A DNA stretch of 64,000 bases from an uncultured Gammaproteobacteria bacterium (GCA_963807785.1 CAWEEC010000092.1:6309-70308), one strand, 5' to 3'; positions 1-7,920 are shown, counted from the stretch's first letter. A program made the numbers and translations. Notes: generated from the sequence alone by a model not told the origin.

Positions 1-365
1 GCAAGGTAAATCATGTAATCAACCGCCAACTTCACCTCTTCATCGTTCAAATCATCATTACCGCCGCGTGCCGGCATCATGCTGTAATCAGGCCCGATAA
101 AACCATTGATCGCATGTTCATAAAGAACCTGTTTACCTTTAATTAACCTGAAGCTCCATTCTTCCGGCCGCATGGGTATAGGTGCATCCGCAACCCCATA
201 GCCATGACAGGGCTCACAGTTTTGCAGCCAGAGCTCACGTCCCTGTGAGATGCTTTGCTCTTTTGATGTGATATATCTCACATCTGCATAAATCGGAGAC
301 ATGATTAATGACCCGATAAAACTCAATGCAGTGGCTGTGATTAATGCCTGCACGACAAAAGCCAT
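1..365 (-). CDS. class I c-type cytochrome (c5-like), 3' end runs off the window
   Basis: Hand translation of the minus strand from ATG 365..363: hydrophobic signal-like N-terminus, single CEPCH haem motif, then MMPARGG...EEVKLAVDYM typical of cytochrome c5. No stop before position 1. The ATG overlaps the TGA of the upstream ORF (TGATG). Confidence 0.75.
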   Translation of the reverse strand, partial: MAFVVQALITATALSFIGSLIMSPIYADVRYITSKEQSISQGRELWLQNCEPCHGYGVADAPIPMRPEEWSFRLIKGKQVLYEHAINGFIGPDYSMMPARGGNDDLNDEEVKLAVDYMIYL

Positions 366-970
366 CAGCCTTCGACCGGTATACGTATTACAACGCCGCC
401 CATAACATCACCCAGCTTGAAATCTTTCTTCGGTGTATCCGGGTGCTTGTTATGACAGGACACACATACCGGTGCGACGCCGGTATCGGCATAGATCGCA
501 GTAAAATATGTTTTTCCGCCCAGCTTTTCCGTGGTGTAATAGTTTTTACCTTTATTTTCGGCAACGTATTTCAAGCCTGCTTTTTCGGCATCCGTTTTTG
601 GTGCATTCTGTTTATTGATTGGCCACATGGATTGCAATGTATAACTGAAATCGACATCATCCAGTTTTTCTGCACGTTTCATTGCCAGCTCAGAGCCAAA
701 CCTGAACATCTGCGCCGGCAGTACCAGTGCCTTATCGTCTTCAAAATGCTCGGACGCCTTGATGACCTTCTCTTTCTTTACAAGCCTGTTTACAATTTTT
801 TTGGTGTATACAGACCGGTCTGAATCCATGACCAGATGCAGAGCATCTGCCATCGCTTTCACCGAAACAGTAGCATTGGTTACCGGTTCACTGGCTATCG
901 ATACGCCTGCTATGGCTATTGATGCTGCTGCAATTACACCAACAGCTGTCTTTACTTTCATCGTCTTCAT
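365..970 (-). CDS. secreted DUF3365 (Tll0287-like) haem-c domain protein
   Basis: 201 aa with a signal peptide (MKTMKVKTAVGVIAAASIAIAG) and a single C-terminal CVSCH motif followed by DFKLGDVMGGVVIRIP, as I recall for the DUF3365 family. Translationally coupled to the downstream cytochrome. Confidence 0.65.
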   Translation of the reverse strand: MKTMKVKTAVGVIAAASIAIAGVSIASEPVTNATVSVKAMADALHLVMDSDRSVYTKKIVNRLVKKEKVIKASEHFEDDKALVLPAQMFRFGSELAMKRAEKLDDVDFSYTLQSMWPINKQNAPKTDAEKAGLKYVAENKGKNYYTTEKLGGKTYFTAIYADTGVAPVCVSCHNKHPDTPKKDFKLGDVMGGVVIRIPVEG

Positions 971-1029
971 AGTTACCTCACTTGTTTAAGTAATTAATAG
1001 GGTCGAGTTAAAATTAAAAAATACGTTTA

Positions 1030-2457
1030 CTAGAATCCAAACATATCCGAATCATCATCCTGCTCGGCCGCTTCCTGCTCACGTCTTGCGCTTTCTTTGC
1101 GCGCCAGGTCCATACTCGTAACATGAACTTGAGCCTTGCCATTAAAATTGCTCTCTATGAGTGACACATCAGCCAGGGCATCAAGGGTATATTCCAGGCC
1201 GTGACAATGCAGGCAGGATGAGCGAATCATCTTTGAATTTGGCGAGAGGCTGGCACTCTGGTTATGATCTACAATGATGCGACTCATCCATTCGCTAACA
1301 TCATAATTAAACCGCGGCATGTGGCAGCTCGCGCAAGACACACCAGTGTTCTGCGCAGACTCTCCACTGGTTTCTTTTCGCCAAAGCTGATAATGCGAAG
1401 AATCCTTATAGGAAATACTGTGCTTATCTTCATGGCAACCCAGGCATGCTTCTACAGCTGCCTGTTGCACATTAAAACTGTGTGCACCATGGCAGCTGAC
1501 ACAGTTCAGCTCAAGATGGCCTGAATCTTTTTTCATCGGCAGCAGCGACAGTGCAGGAGTCATCGGGGACAGCCCTTGCTGCAGGCGCATTCCATGCTTA
1601 CCTTCCATGAAACGACTTACCTCAACACCATGACAACTCTCGCATACAGTATGATCAGGGTGGTCGTCCCATTGTGCCGGCTCATCATCAACTTGCTGTG
1701 CCATGTGACAAGCACTGCAGTTGACTCCCGAGCGGGCGTGCGCAGTTTCAAGCCACTGCATTTTTATGTCTGTGTCTACAGTTAACCTGTCGCTGGCATC
1801 GATATCGTTTTCATCCAGCCGCTCAACGGGGTATTTTTCCCGTGGGTATTCAACTATTTCATCCAGCAAAGCTGCAAACTCTTTTGCCGGTAAACTCATT
1901 TCCTCAAGCAATGGGGGTTCATTCAAATGCTTGATCAAAAAATCTGTATAGAGCGCGCGGTTATTATGAAAATTATGGCAGCCAGAGTCCTTGCAGGTTT
2001 CAAAGCCCATGCCCTGATGAGAAGGCCTGTCTTCTGCAATATCCTGGTGACAGTGAAAACAGACATCGACCGGTTGTGTTAATCCGTCTTTCGCTGTTAT
2101 CTCCGGCTTATGCTCGCTATGACAACTGATACACTGCAATGCATTTATGCTCTCCAGCAATTCCGCGTTTCTCGGATCCTTGAATTTTCTTGCCGGGTGC
2201 GAATCAAATGGTTTAACCCGATCTTTACCATGACAATCCACGCACGCTTGCTGCAGTACTTCACCACCACCAAATGAATCGGTATGGCACGCATCGCAGG
2301 CATCGATTAACTGGTGATGACCGGGTGACAAATCACCAGGCATGAATATCGCTTTGTCAGTATTATCATTCAGCATGGTCATCGCCAGCCATGAGCCCAG
2401 TATGAGTGACAGTAAAACCCACGCGATCCAGTAAACTGCTTTTTGGGTTATAACCAT
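1030..2457 (-). CDS. membrane-anchored multihaem cytochrome c (10 CxxCH plus one CxxxxCH)
   Basis: 475 aa with an N-terminal TM helix (VYWIAWVLLSLILGSWLAMTML). Motifs counted in the translation: CDACH, CVDCH, CISCH, CFHCH, CKDSGCH, CSACH, CESCH, CVSCH, CLGCH, CASCH, CLHCH. No CxxCK motif. Confidence 0.85.
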   Translation of the reverse strand: MVITQKAVYWIAWVLLSLILGSWLAMTMLNDNTDKAIFMPGDLSPGHHQLIDACDACHTDSFGGGEVLQQACVDCHGKDRVKPFDSHPARKFKDPRNAELLESINALQCISCHSEHKPEITAKDGLTQPVDVCFHCHQDIAEDRPSHQGMGFETCKDSGCHNFHNNRALYTDFLIKHLNEPPLLEEMSLPAKEFAALLDEIVEYPREKYPVERLDENDIDASDRLTVDTDIKMQWLETAHARSGVNCSACHMAQQVDDEPAQWDDHPDHTVCESCHGVEVSRFMEGKHGMRLQQGLSPMTPALSLLPMKKDSGHLELNCVSCHGAHSFNVQQAAVEACLGCHEDKHSISYKDSSHYQLWRKETSGESAQNTGVSCASCHMPRFNYDVSEWMSRIIVDHNQSASLSPNSKMIRSSCLHCHGLEYTLDALADVSLIESNFNGKAQVHVTSMDLARKESARREQEAAEQDDDSDMFGF

Positions 2458-2465
2458 GCTGCCGC

Positions 2466-4481
2466 CTAGAAGTAGTAACTTTTAACAACATGGAACCCCA
2501 GCAAAATCGGAATTGGCCAGAACAACACAATATGCAGCAATGTCCATTGACGCCGCTGTTTTTTTGCCAGTGCGGGTGACATTCTGTGCTCAGTCGCAAC
2601 GACAGTGCTCGCGTATGCACCAACAACTGTCAGTACAAGGAAGTTAATCATTAGCAACATATTCAACTCGTTGCCCAGACGAAACCCGGTATGGACAATT
2701 AATGCCACGAGCACACATACTCCCAGCACTGCATGGAAATATCGCCATAGATTAAAATCGCCAAAATCTATTTTGTTAATGCGTTTGCGCAGGGAAATAC
2801 CAAGACCGAGCAACATTAGCCCCAACATGGTGAAGCCACTGATCTGTTTCAATAGCGAGTTTCGCCAGAGCTCATCCCAGCGAATATCAACCTGAACGCT
2901 ATCTGCATAGGGAATACGCCAGATAAAAATGAACAATACAACGAGACACAGGGTGAAGGCTGACATGGCGAGAAGGCTTCGCCACGATCTGGTCGGCTCG
3001 ACACGTATATCTTCACCCAGCAGCTCGGCCAGTAATGGCTTGCATGATCCACATACACTTCCTGCACGTGTTTCGGAAGTAAGGCAGGCTATATTTTCAC
3101 AGCCTGATGTAACGACCTGTGTCAATCGGCCACGTGTGACACCGGTGCAATTGCAGACCACCGCAGCTGCAGGCCATGACACAACATCCATGTCTTCTTC
3201 ATTACCCCACAGATTACCACTGGACTTGAACCGTAGCAGGTGCCAGAAAGCCAGTCTTTTTTTGTTCACAATTGCATCTTGCAGTAATGATGATTCGTGC
3301 CAGTCACCGATAGCTATGGCGCCGATCAGTCGATTACCAAATAAACGAATCTTTCTGTAAATGCCGTGATCTTTTGATGTGTAAATGTATTCCTTGACGC
3401 CACCAGCCGATTCCTCGTCCACGCCTGTTCGACCCGCACTGAACACAGCCTGCTCCATGACTTTCAAACGAGTCGATTCCAGCGAGCCTATATAACGTGA
3501 ATTACCCCCTGACAACCGGTCAGCCAACACTGCAGCCTGCTCCAATCCTGGTTTGACCAGGCCGTAAACATTATTATTATGTTCGGCACATTCGCCGATG
3601 GCATAAACATGCTCATCTGAGGTTTCGAGATAGTCATTAATACGAATCCCTTTATGAAAAGCAATGCCACTATCTCTGGCCAAATCAGAATTGGGTCGAA
3701 TTCCCGCAGCTACAATCACTGTATCACAGGTGATTTCTCTACCACTACGTAAGCTAACTGCCTCTACCCGATTATTCCCCAGCACACTGACGACACTGTC
3801 ACCCAGCTCAACATAAACACCATTTTGCTCGACGTAATCTCTAAGGTAGTTGCCGCCACGCTGATCTAGCTGCTGCATCATCAGCCATTGGTTATGCTCG
3901 ATAACTGTGATTTGAGTATTGTAACGCTGCATCGCTCGAGCTGTTTCCAGCCCCAGCAATCCACCGCCTATAACGACCGTGTGCTGCGATTTCAACCTGC
4001 GAGCAAATAGCGAATCCGCTTCACTCAATGAACGAAAAGTAAATACGCCCTGATAATGAATATTGCCTATTGAAGGTATAAAAGGTCTGGAACCAACAGC
4101 AAGAACAAGATGTGAATAATGTTGTACATTGCCTGATGCGTCCGTAATGGTTCTTGCTACTCTGTCAATCCATTGGACTGCACAATTTAGACGCATTTCG
4201 ATAACAGCATCAGGCTGCACAGGCGTGCCAAGTTCAAGCTCATCCCTGTCTACATCTCCAGCAAGATAGGATGACAACCTTACTCTGTCGTAAGGGTTCC
4301 ACGGCTCACTGCCATATACAACAACCGGGTAGTCGCAAGCCTTTTTCACAAGCTCATTGACAAAGTGCATGCCAACCGGGCCTGCGCCAACAACTACAAT
4401 CGCTTCTTGTTCAAATGGCACATGTGTCTTTGACTCGTCAGTTTCGTCAACATGTTCTATTTGCTGTATTGCTATGCTCAT
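2466..4481 (-). CDS. NirB-type NAD(P)H-dependent flavoprotein with BFD-like [2Fe-2S] domain, fused to a C-terminal 5-TM putative di-haem-b module; no sirohaem domain
   Basis: 671 aa. GxGxxG at aa 31-36 (VVVGAGPVGM) and aa 172-177 (VVIGGGLLGLE). Cys cluster C443/C445...C477/C480 (CNCTG...CGSCKP). About five TM helices in aa 500-671, with His583-x13-His597 and His650-x13-His664 in two of them. Confidence 0.8.
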   Translation of the reverse strand: MSIAIQQIEHVDETDESKTHVPFEQEAIVVVGAGPVGMHFVNELVKKACDYPVVVYGSEPWNPYDRVRLSSYLAGDVDRDELELGTPVQPDAVIEMRLNCAVQWIDRVARTITDASGNVQHYSHLVLAVGSRPFIPSIGNIHYQGVFTFRSLSEADSLFARRLKSQHTVVIGGGLLGLETARAMQRYNTQITVIEHNQWLMMQQLDQRGGNYLRDYVEQNGVYVELGDSVVSVLGNNRVEAVSLRSGREITCDTVIVAAGIRPNSDLARDSGIAFHKGIRINDYLETSDEHVYAIGECAEHNNNVYGLVKPGLEQAAVLADRLSGGNSRYIGSLESTRLKVMEQAVFSAGRTGVDEESAGGVKEYIYTSKDHGIYRKIRLFGNRLIGAIAIGDWHESSLLQDAIVNKKRLAFWHLLRFKSSGNLWGNEEDMDVVSWPAAAVVCNCTGVTRGRLTQVVTSGCENIACLTSETRAGSVCGSCKPLLAELLGEDIRVEPTRSWRSLLAMSAFTLCLVVLFIFIWRIPYADSVQVDIRWDELWRNSLLKQISGFTMLGLMLLGLGISLRKRINKIDFGDFNLWRYFHAVLGVCVLVALIVHTGFRLGNELNMLLMINFLVLTVVGAYASTVVATEHRMSPALAKKQRRQWTLLHIVLFWPIPILLGFHVVKSYYF

Positions 4482-4495
4482 TAATTACCTGTCAC

Positions 4496-4537
4496 AAAAA
4501 AAACGCCCGCACATGATCTTCATCATTTGTGCGAGCG
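4496..4537 (-). terminator. intrinsic terminator inside the 5' leader of the flavoprotein/cytochrome operon (attenuator)
   Basis: Minus-strand RNA CGCUCGCACA-(14 nt, inner UGAU/AUCA pairing)-UGUGCGGGCG followed by U8. The stem is 10 bp with one G-U pair. It ends 15 nt before the ATG at 4481. Confidence 0.75.
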
Positions 4538-4585
4538 CCTCTGCTCATTGACTCTGTACAAAATGTACTAAAGGCCTTCTTTGGC
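4533..4585 (-). promoter_or_regulatory. candidate ANTAR (NasT) target: two hairpins with A-x-x-G hexaloops; the second competes with the leader terminator
   Basis: RNA GGCC-AAAGAA-GGCC (4572..4585) and GAGC-AGAGGC-GCUC (4533..4546). Both loops have A at position 1 and G at position 4. The 3' arm of hairpin 2 is part of the 5' arm of the terminator. Stems are only 4 bp and the linker is ~25 nt. Confidence 0.5.
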
Positions 4586-4614
4586 CAGAGCTATATTAAA
4601 GATTGCAATTAAAC

Positions 4615-4630
4615 TAGCATTTAGCGTGCC
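4615..4630 (-). promoter_or_regulatory. sigma-54 (-24/-12) promoter of the flavoprotein/cytochrome operon
   Basis: The minus strand reads TGGCACGCTAAATGCT. GG and GC have canonical spacing (consensus TGGCAC-N5-TTGCA). It lies ~135-150 nt upstream of the ATG at 4481. Confidence 0.75.
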
Positions 4631-4720
4631 AATCTTTTTTTATATATCTCCTTGATAATTTATTGAAACATCATCGTACTTACCTTTAAGGCACCAAGTT
4701 GGAACAGACGCATGAGCGGT

Positions 4721-4737
4721 TGCACTGCTATTGTGCC
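4721..4737. promoter_or_regulatory. NtrC-type enhancer site
   Basis: TGCACTGCTATTGTGCC has the GCAC-N7-GTGC spacing of TGCACC-N5-GGTGCA, ~95-110 nt upstream of the sigma-54 promoter. A weaker half-site lies at 4690..4706. Confidence 0.6.
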
Positions 4738-5222
4738 TAACATGTGATTTCATCTACTCTTAAAAGAAATTCATCGAAATTTATATAATGGCTTCCATCA
4801 CAGGAAAAATTCAACCCGACCATACCGTTTACGATATTCAATGATCCGGAGCGTAAGTATATTTGTGGATCCTTCAATCGAAGGTGTTTGAACTTTTCGA
4901 GTATCGGTGTAATGCTTTCGGGATTTATTACTGCATCTCGCGCATATTTTTTCAACGGGTAGACATTATAGTTATCGAGTTTAAGAAACTCGTCTTTCAC
5001 ATGTACTCTATATCTGAGCGGATCATCGATTAGCCATAAAGTCACTTGACCACTTGAAAAATGCACTTTTGCATGAAACACACCGTAATTGCATATGAGA
5101 TCAGCAACACGCGCAAGGACTTCGTCCAGGTGTTGATCAAACTCATTTAATTTACGTTCCTGATGAAAAAGAAACTCCCGTATTGATGGATCACCTCGAA
5201 TTTGTATCCAGTCGTTAGGCAT
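4737..5222 (-). CDS. hypothetical protein (161 aa), no family recognised
   Basis: Long ORF with a strong SD (GGGAGGG, 4 nt before the ATG), 52 nt downstream of nasT on the same strand. No TM helix, signal peptide or motif recognised. Confidence 0.6.
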   Translation of the reverse strand: MPNDWIQIRGDPSIREFLFHQERKLNEFDQHLDEVLARVADLICNYGVFHAKVHFSSGQVTLWLIDDPLRYRVHVKDEFLKLDNYNVYPLKKYARDAVINPESITPILEKFKHLRLKDPQIYLRSGSLNIVNGMVGLNFSCDGSHYINFDEFLLRVDEITC

Positions 5223-5274
5223 ATGACCCTCCCTTCACTCAGTGGTTGTAATGGCAGTTATATCTGCCTTATTT

Positions 5275-5847
5275 TTATACTAGTACTTCAGATGCAGATA
5301 TGATCTGCTCAGCGATCTCCCCCATACGTTTATTATGATTCATTGCCAGTTTCCGCATTGCATTATATGCCTGATCCTCACTCAGGCTTTTTGATTTCAT
5401 TATGATACCCTTGGCTTTCTCTACACGCTTGCGTTCCTGTAGTGCATTTTTTGTTTGCCATAACTCTTTTTTAAGTTTCTGTTGTTCCTGAAAACGCGCC
5501 CTGGCTACACCCAGTAGTGTGACCAGACGCTCTGGATCATTACAATCTACAACATAGGCTGTCGCCCCGGCCTTTACCGCGGCATCAATCGAATCGTGTT
5601 GTGAGTCACGGGTAAAGACAAGCATTGGCGTTGGCCGCCTCTCTGAAATTGCCTTCATTTCACGCAATATCGGCTGGTCTATTTCATCACTGACGATTAT
5701 CATCGCATCCGGGCGCAGTGATTCAACATACTTGCTGGCTTGATCATTTGGTCCGATTAGTTTCAGCAGGCGATAGCCGGCCCTGGACGCAGCACGCAGC
5801 AGCGGCTGCGAACTGTTCAGACAATCAGCAACAAGAATCAGATCCAT
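5275..5847 (-). CDS. nasT: ANTAR-domain antitermination regulator, NasT/AmiR type
   Basis: 190 aa: N-terminal receiver-like domain, coiled linker, and a C-terminal ANTAR signature (ERKRVEKAKGIIMKSKSLSEDQAYNAMRKLAMNHNKRMGEIAEQII). Confidence 0.85.
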   Translation of the reverse strand: MDLILVADCLNSSQPLLRAASRAGYRLLKLIGPNDQASKYVESLRPDAMIIVSDEIDQPILREMKAISERRPTPMLVFTRDSQHDSIDAAVKAGATAYVVDCNDPERLVTLLGVARARFQEQQKLKKELWQTKNALQERKRVEKAKGIIMKSKSLSEDQAYNAMRKLAMNHNKRMGEIAEQIISASEVLV

Positions 5848-5882
5848 GTAACCATCTTTAAAATATAAGATATATATACTAT

Positions 5883-5898
5883 TGCAATATATATGCCA
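5883..5898 (-). promoter_or_regulatory. sigma-54 promoter of nasT
   Basis: The minus strand reads TGGCATATATATTGCA with canonical GG/GC spacing, 36-51 nt upstream of the ATG at 5847. Confidence 0.7.
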
Positions 5899-6003
5899 TC
5901 AGAACGAACAGCTTTAACCGCTTGAAAATGCATAGGAGCTAACTTTCTATATAGAGGACTTCATCAATCCTGTGAAACCGCTTGGTGCACTAGCTGCAGT
6001 CAT

Positions 6004-6020
6004 CGCACTTCCTTGGTGCG
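6004..6020. promoter_or_regulatory. NtrC-type enhancer site upstream of nasT
   Basis: CGCACTTCCTTGGTGCG (GCAC-N7-GTGC), ~110-135 nt upstream of the nasT sigma-54 promoter. An adjacent half-site TGCAC lies at ~5986. Confidence 0.6.
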
Positions 6021-6045
6021 GTTATATCTACATCAACCTAATTAA

Positions 6046-6442
6046 TAACCGTACCAAGGCAGTAATCGCGCGGTTATCTATTCGCTTGGCGTGCTGACAT
6101 ATGAAATGCTGACCGGTAAATTACCATATGGAGACAGCTTGACGCCTAATCTGAACGGGCGTACGTTGATTAAAATTGAGTATACTGTGCAATAATATAT
6201 AACCCGATGATTCCATTATAGCTTGATGGCACGCTCGAAAAAGCAGTCAGCACTGACCAGTGTTCACGTTATGATACTTTCTCCGAATTTCTTTATGATC
6301 TGACACACCCTAATCCGGCTTTCATGAATCGTTCAGTACCCTTGCTGGAAAGCAACCCCGCCCTGCTCTGGAAGCTTGTAGCAGGAATATCGATACTGTT
6401 AAACCTGGTACTGATCTACCTCATGTTCGGCACAATACAGGC
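6046..6442 (+). pseudogene. relic of a Ser/Thr protein kinase: C-lobe and C-terminal TM only, frameshifted, with an in-frame TAG
   Basis: Frame 1 gives ...VIYSLGVLTYEMLTGKLPYG (kinase subdomain IX) and stops at 6193. The next frame gives NPMIPL*LDGTLEKAVSTDQCSRYDTFSEFLYDLTHPNPAF plus a TM segment. TAG at 6219..6221 sits where Trp is expected. The whole N-lobe is missing. Confidence 0.7.
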
Positions 6443-6577
6443 ATGCAAAAAACAAGCTGCATTATCCTGGCCGGTGGCAATGGCAAGCGCATGGGCGGTA
6501 TTGATAAAGGCTTGTTGCAATATAATGGCAAGCGACTCATCGATCACTACACACTCGTAATCGATAATGAGACGTAG
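6443..6577 (+). pseudogene. mobA: 44-codon stub of mobA (molybdenum cofactor guanylyltransferase)
   Basis: MQKTSCIILAGGNGKRMGGIDKGLLQYNGKRLIDHY matches the N-terminal nucleotide-binding motif of MobA (~195 aa in full-length proteins), then the ORF terminates. Confidence 0.65.
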
Positions 6578-6669
6578 TTTCACAATATTAATTCACAAGA
6601 CCAACTTGATAGTTAGCAATATTTGTCACTTCCCTTGCACACAATCCCATTGAGCATGACAATAGCGCA

Positions 6670-7812
6670 ATGGAACTAACGACTCATCAGCGTCGCCAGG
6701 CAATCAACCACGTTACCCTCTGGGGCGTTTTCGTCAATCTTGTGTTATCAGTAGCCAAGCTGGCTGGCGGATTTTACGGTCATTCCCAGGCCCTGATCGC
6801 TGACGGACTGCATTCACTGTCTGACCTGGCCAGTGATGCCATGGTTTTTGTAGCCGCCAGACATGCCAGCGAAGACGCGGATGAGGAACATCCCTATGGC
6901 CATGCGCGCTTTGAAACCATCGCCACCGTGGCGCTTTCTGTACTGCTGGTGATCGTTAGTCTAGGCATCGCCTATGACGCCATAGTCAGTCTGGTGACTG
7001 AAGAAGCCATCGAGAAACCGGATCTTTTCACCCTCTGGATAGCAGCTTTTTCCATACTCAGTAATGAAGGTCTCTATCACTACACCAAGTTTGTCGGTAC
7101 CCGTATACGCTCCAACCTGTTACATGCCAATGCGTGGCATCATCGCAGTGATGCAGTTTCGTCCGTCATTGTGCTGGTTGGTATTGCCGGGACACAGTTT
7201 AATATGCCTAAACTCGATGCCTATGCTGCGGTTGTTGTTGCCATAATGATTGCCAGGATAGGTTTTAAACTCGGATATGACAGTGTTCAGGAGCTGGTTG
7301 ATGCAAGTCTCGAACCCGAGCTGGTGGAACGGATTCGTAACAACATCCTGTCACACGAAGATGTTTGCGCATTACACATGTTGCGCACACGCAGAATGGG
7401 ACACAACGCGCTGGTTGATGTACATATTCTCGTTGCTCCCAGGCTCAGCGTTTCGGAAGGTCATCATATCTCTGAAACCGTAGAAAAATCTTTGATAGAT
7501 TCATTTGATGAAATCAACGACGTGACGGTGCATATCGATCCGGAAGACGACGAACAGGAAGCACGCAGCATGTACCTGCCCTTGCGCAGTGAGCTGATCA
7601 TTGCATTAAAACACGAATGGTCAAAAATTCCGGAGCTGGATGCGATTGATGATATTACCCTGCATTACCTGGCTGGCGAGATCTCTGTTGAGGCCAGCTT
7701 ACCACTGGAACAAGTGGGTGACCCCGAACTGACCAGGGAATTGCAAACCCGCTTCTCAAAAGCCAGCCTTAACGTGCCTTCAGTTGGGCGCGCGATCCTG
7801 AGATATCACTAG
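6670..7812 (+). CDS. cation diffusion facilitator (CDF) family metal efflux transporter
   Basis: 380 aa. Six-TM N-terminal domain with HSLSDLASD and HRSDAVSS motifs, plus a cytoplasmic C-terminal domain, as in FieF/YiiP-type CDFs. Confidence 0.85.
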   Translation: MELTTHQRRQAINHVTLWGVFVNLVLSVAKLAGGFYGHSQALIADGLHSLSDLASDAMVFVAARHASEDADEEHPYGHARFETIATVALSVLLVIVSLGIAYDAIVSLVTEEAIEKPDLFTLWIAAFSILSNEGLYHYTKFVGTRIRSNLLHANAWHHRSDAVSSVIVLVGIAGTQFNMPKLDAYAAVVVAIMIARIGFKLGYDSVQELVDASLEPELVERIRNNILSHEDVCALHMLRTRRMGHNALVDVHILVAPRLSVSEGHHISETVEKSLIDSFDEINDVTVHIDPEDDEQEARSMYLPLRSELIIALKHEWSKIPELDAIDDITLHYLAGEISVEASLPLEQVGDPELTRELQTRFSKASLNVPSVGRAILRYH

Positions 7813-7829
7813 CGCACCATTTTGATGCA
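7813..7829. promoter_or_regulatory. NtrC enhancer site 1 upstream of glnA
   Basis: CGCACCATTTTGATGCA. The left half is perfect; the right half is ATGC instead of GTGC. Confidence 0.55.
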
Positions 7830-7842
7830 TATACTATCCAGC

Positions 7843-7859
7843 CGCACTGCTATGGTGCG
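7843..7859. promoter_or_regulatory. NtrC enhancer site 2 upstream of glnA
   Basis: CGCACTGCTATGGTGCG (GCAC-N7-GTGC), ~65-80 nt upstream of the glnA sigma-54 promoter. Confidence 0.65.
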
Positions 7860-7920
7860 TTTTATCCGCATATTTGCAAGATTGTGTACAAAAAAACAGA
7901 CATTTAGTCCATTTTAAAGC

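Noticed and set aside
344-989. Plus-strand ORFs 344..823 and 759..989, and many similar 60-170-aa ORFs throughout the track that lie antisense to long conserved genes (for example 1264..1951, 14635..15150, 24209..25009, 42791..43264, 50251..50981, 55206..55805, 60068..60628).
   Set aside because: Each lies wholly inside a longer opposite-strand gene whose product has clear family signatures. Their translations are low-complexity, Cys/Ser/Arg-rich or otherwise unprotein-like, as expected for shadow ORFs.
2366-2626. 86-aa minus-strand ORF bridging the flavoprotein and multihaem genes.
   Set aside because: It overlaps the 3' end of the 671-aa gene and the 5' end of the 475-aa gene in a different frame. 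It has no features of its own, and the two flanking genes are complete without it.
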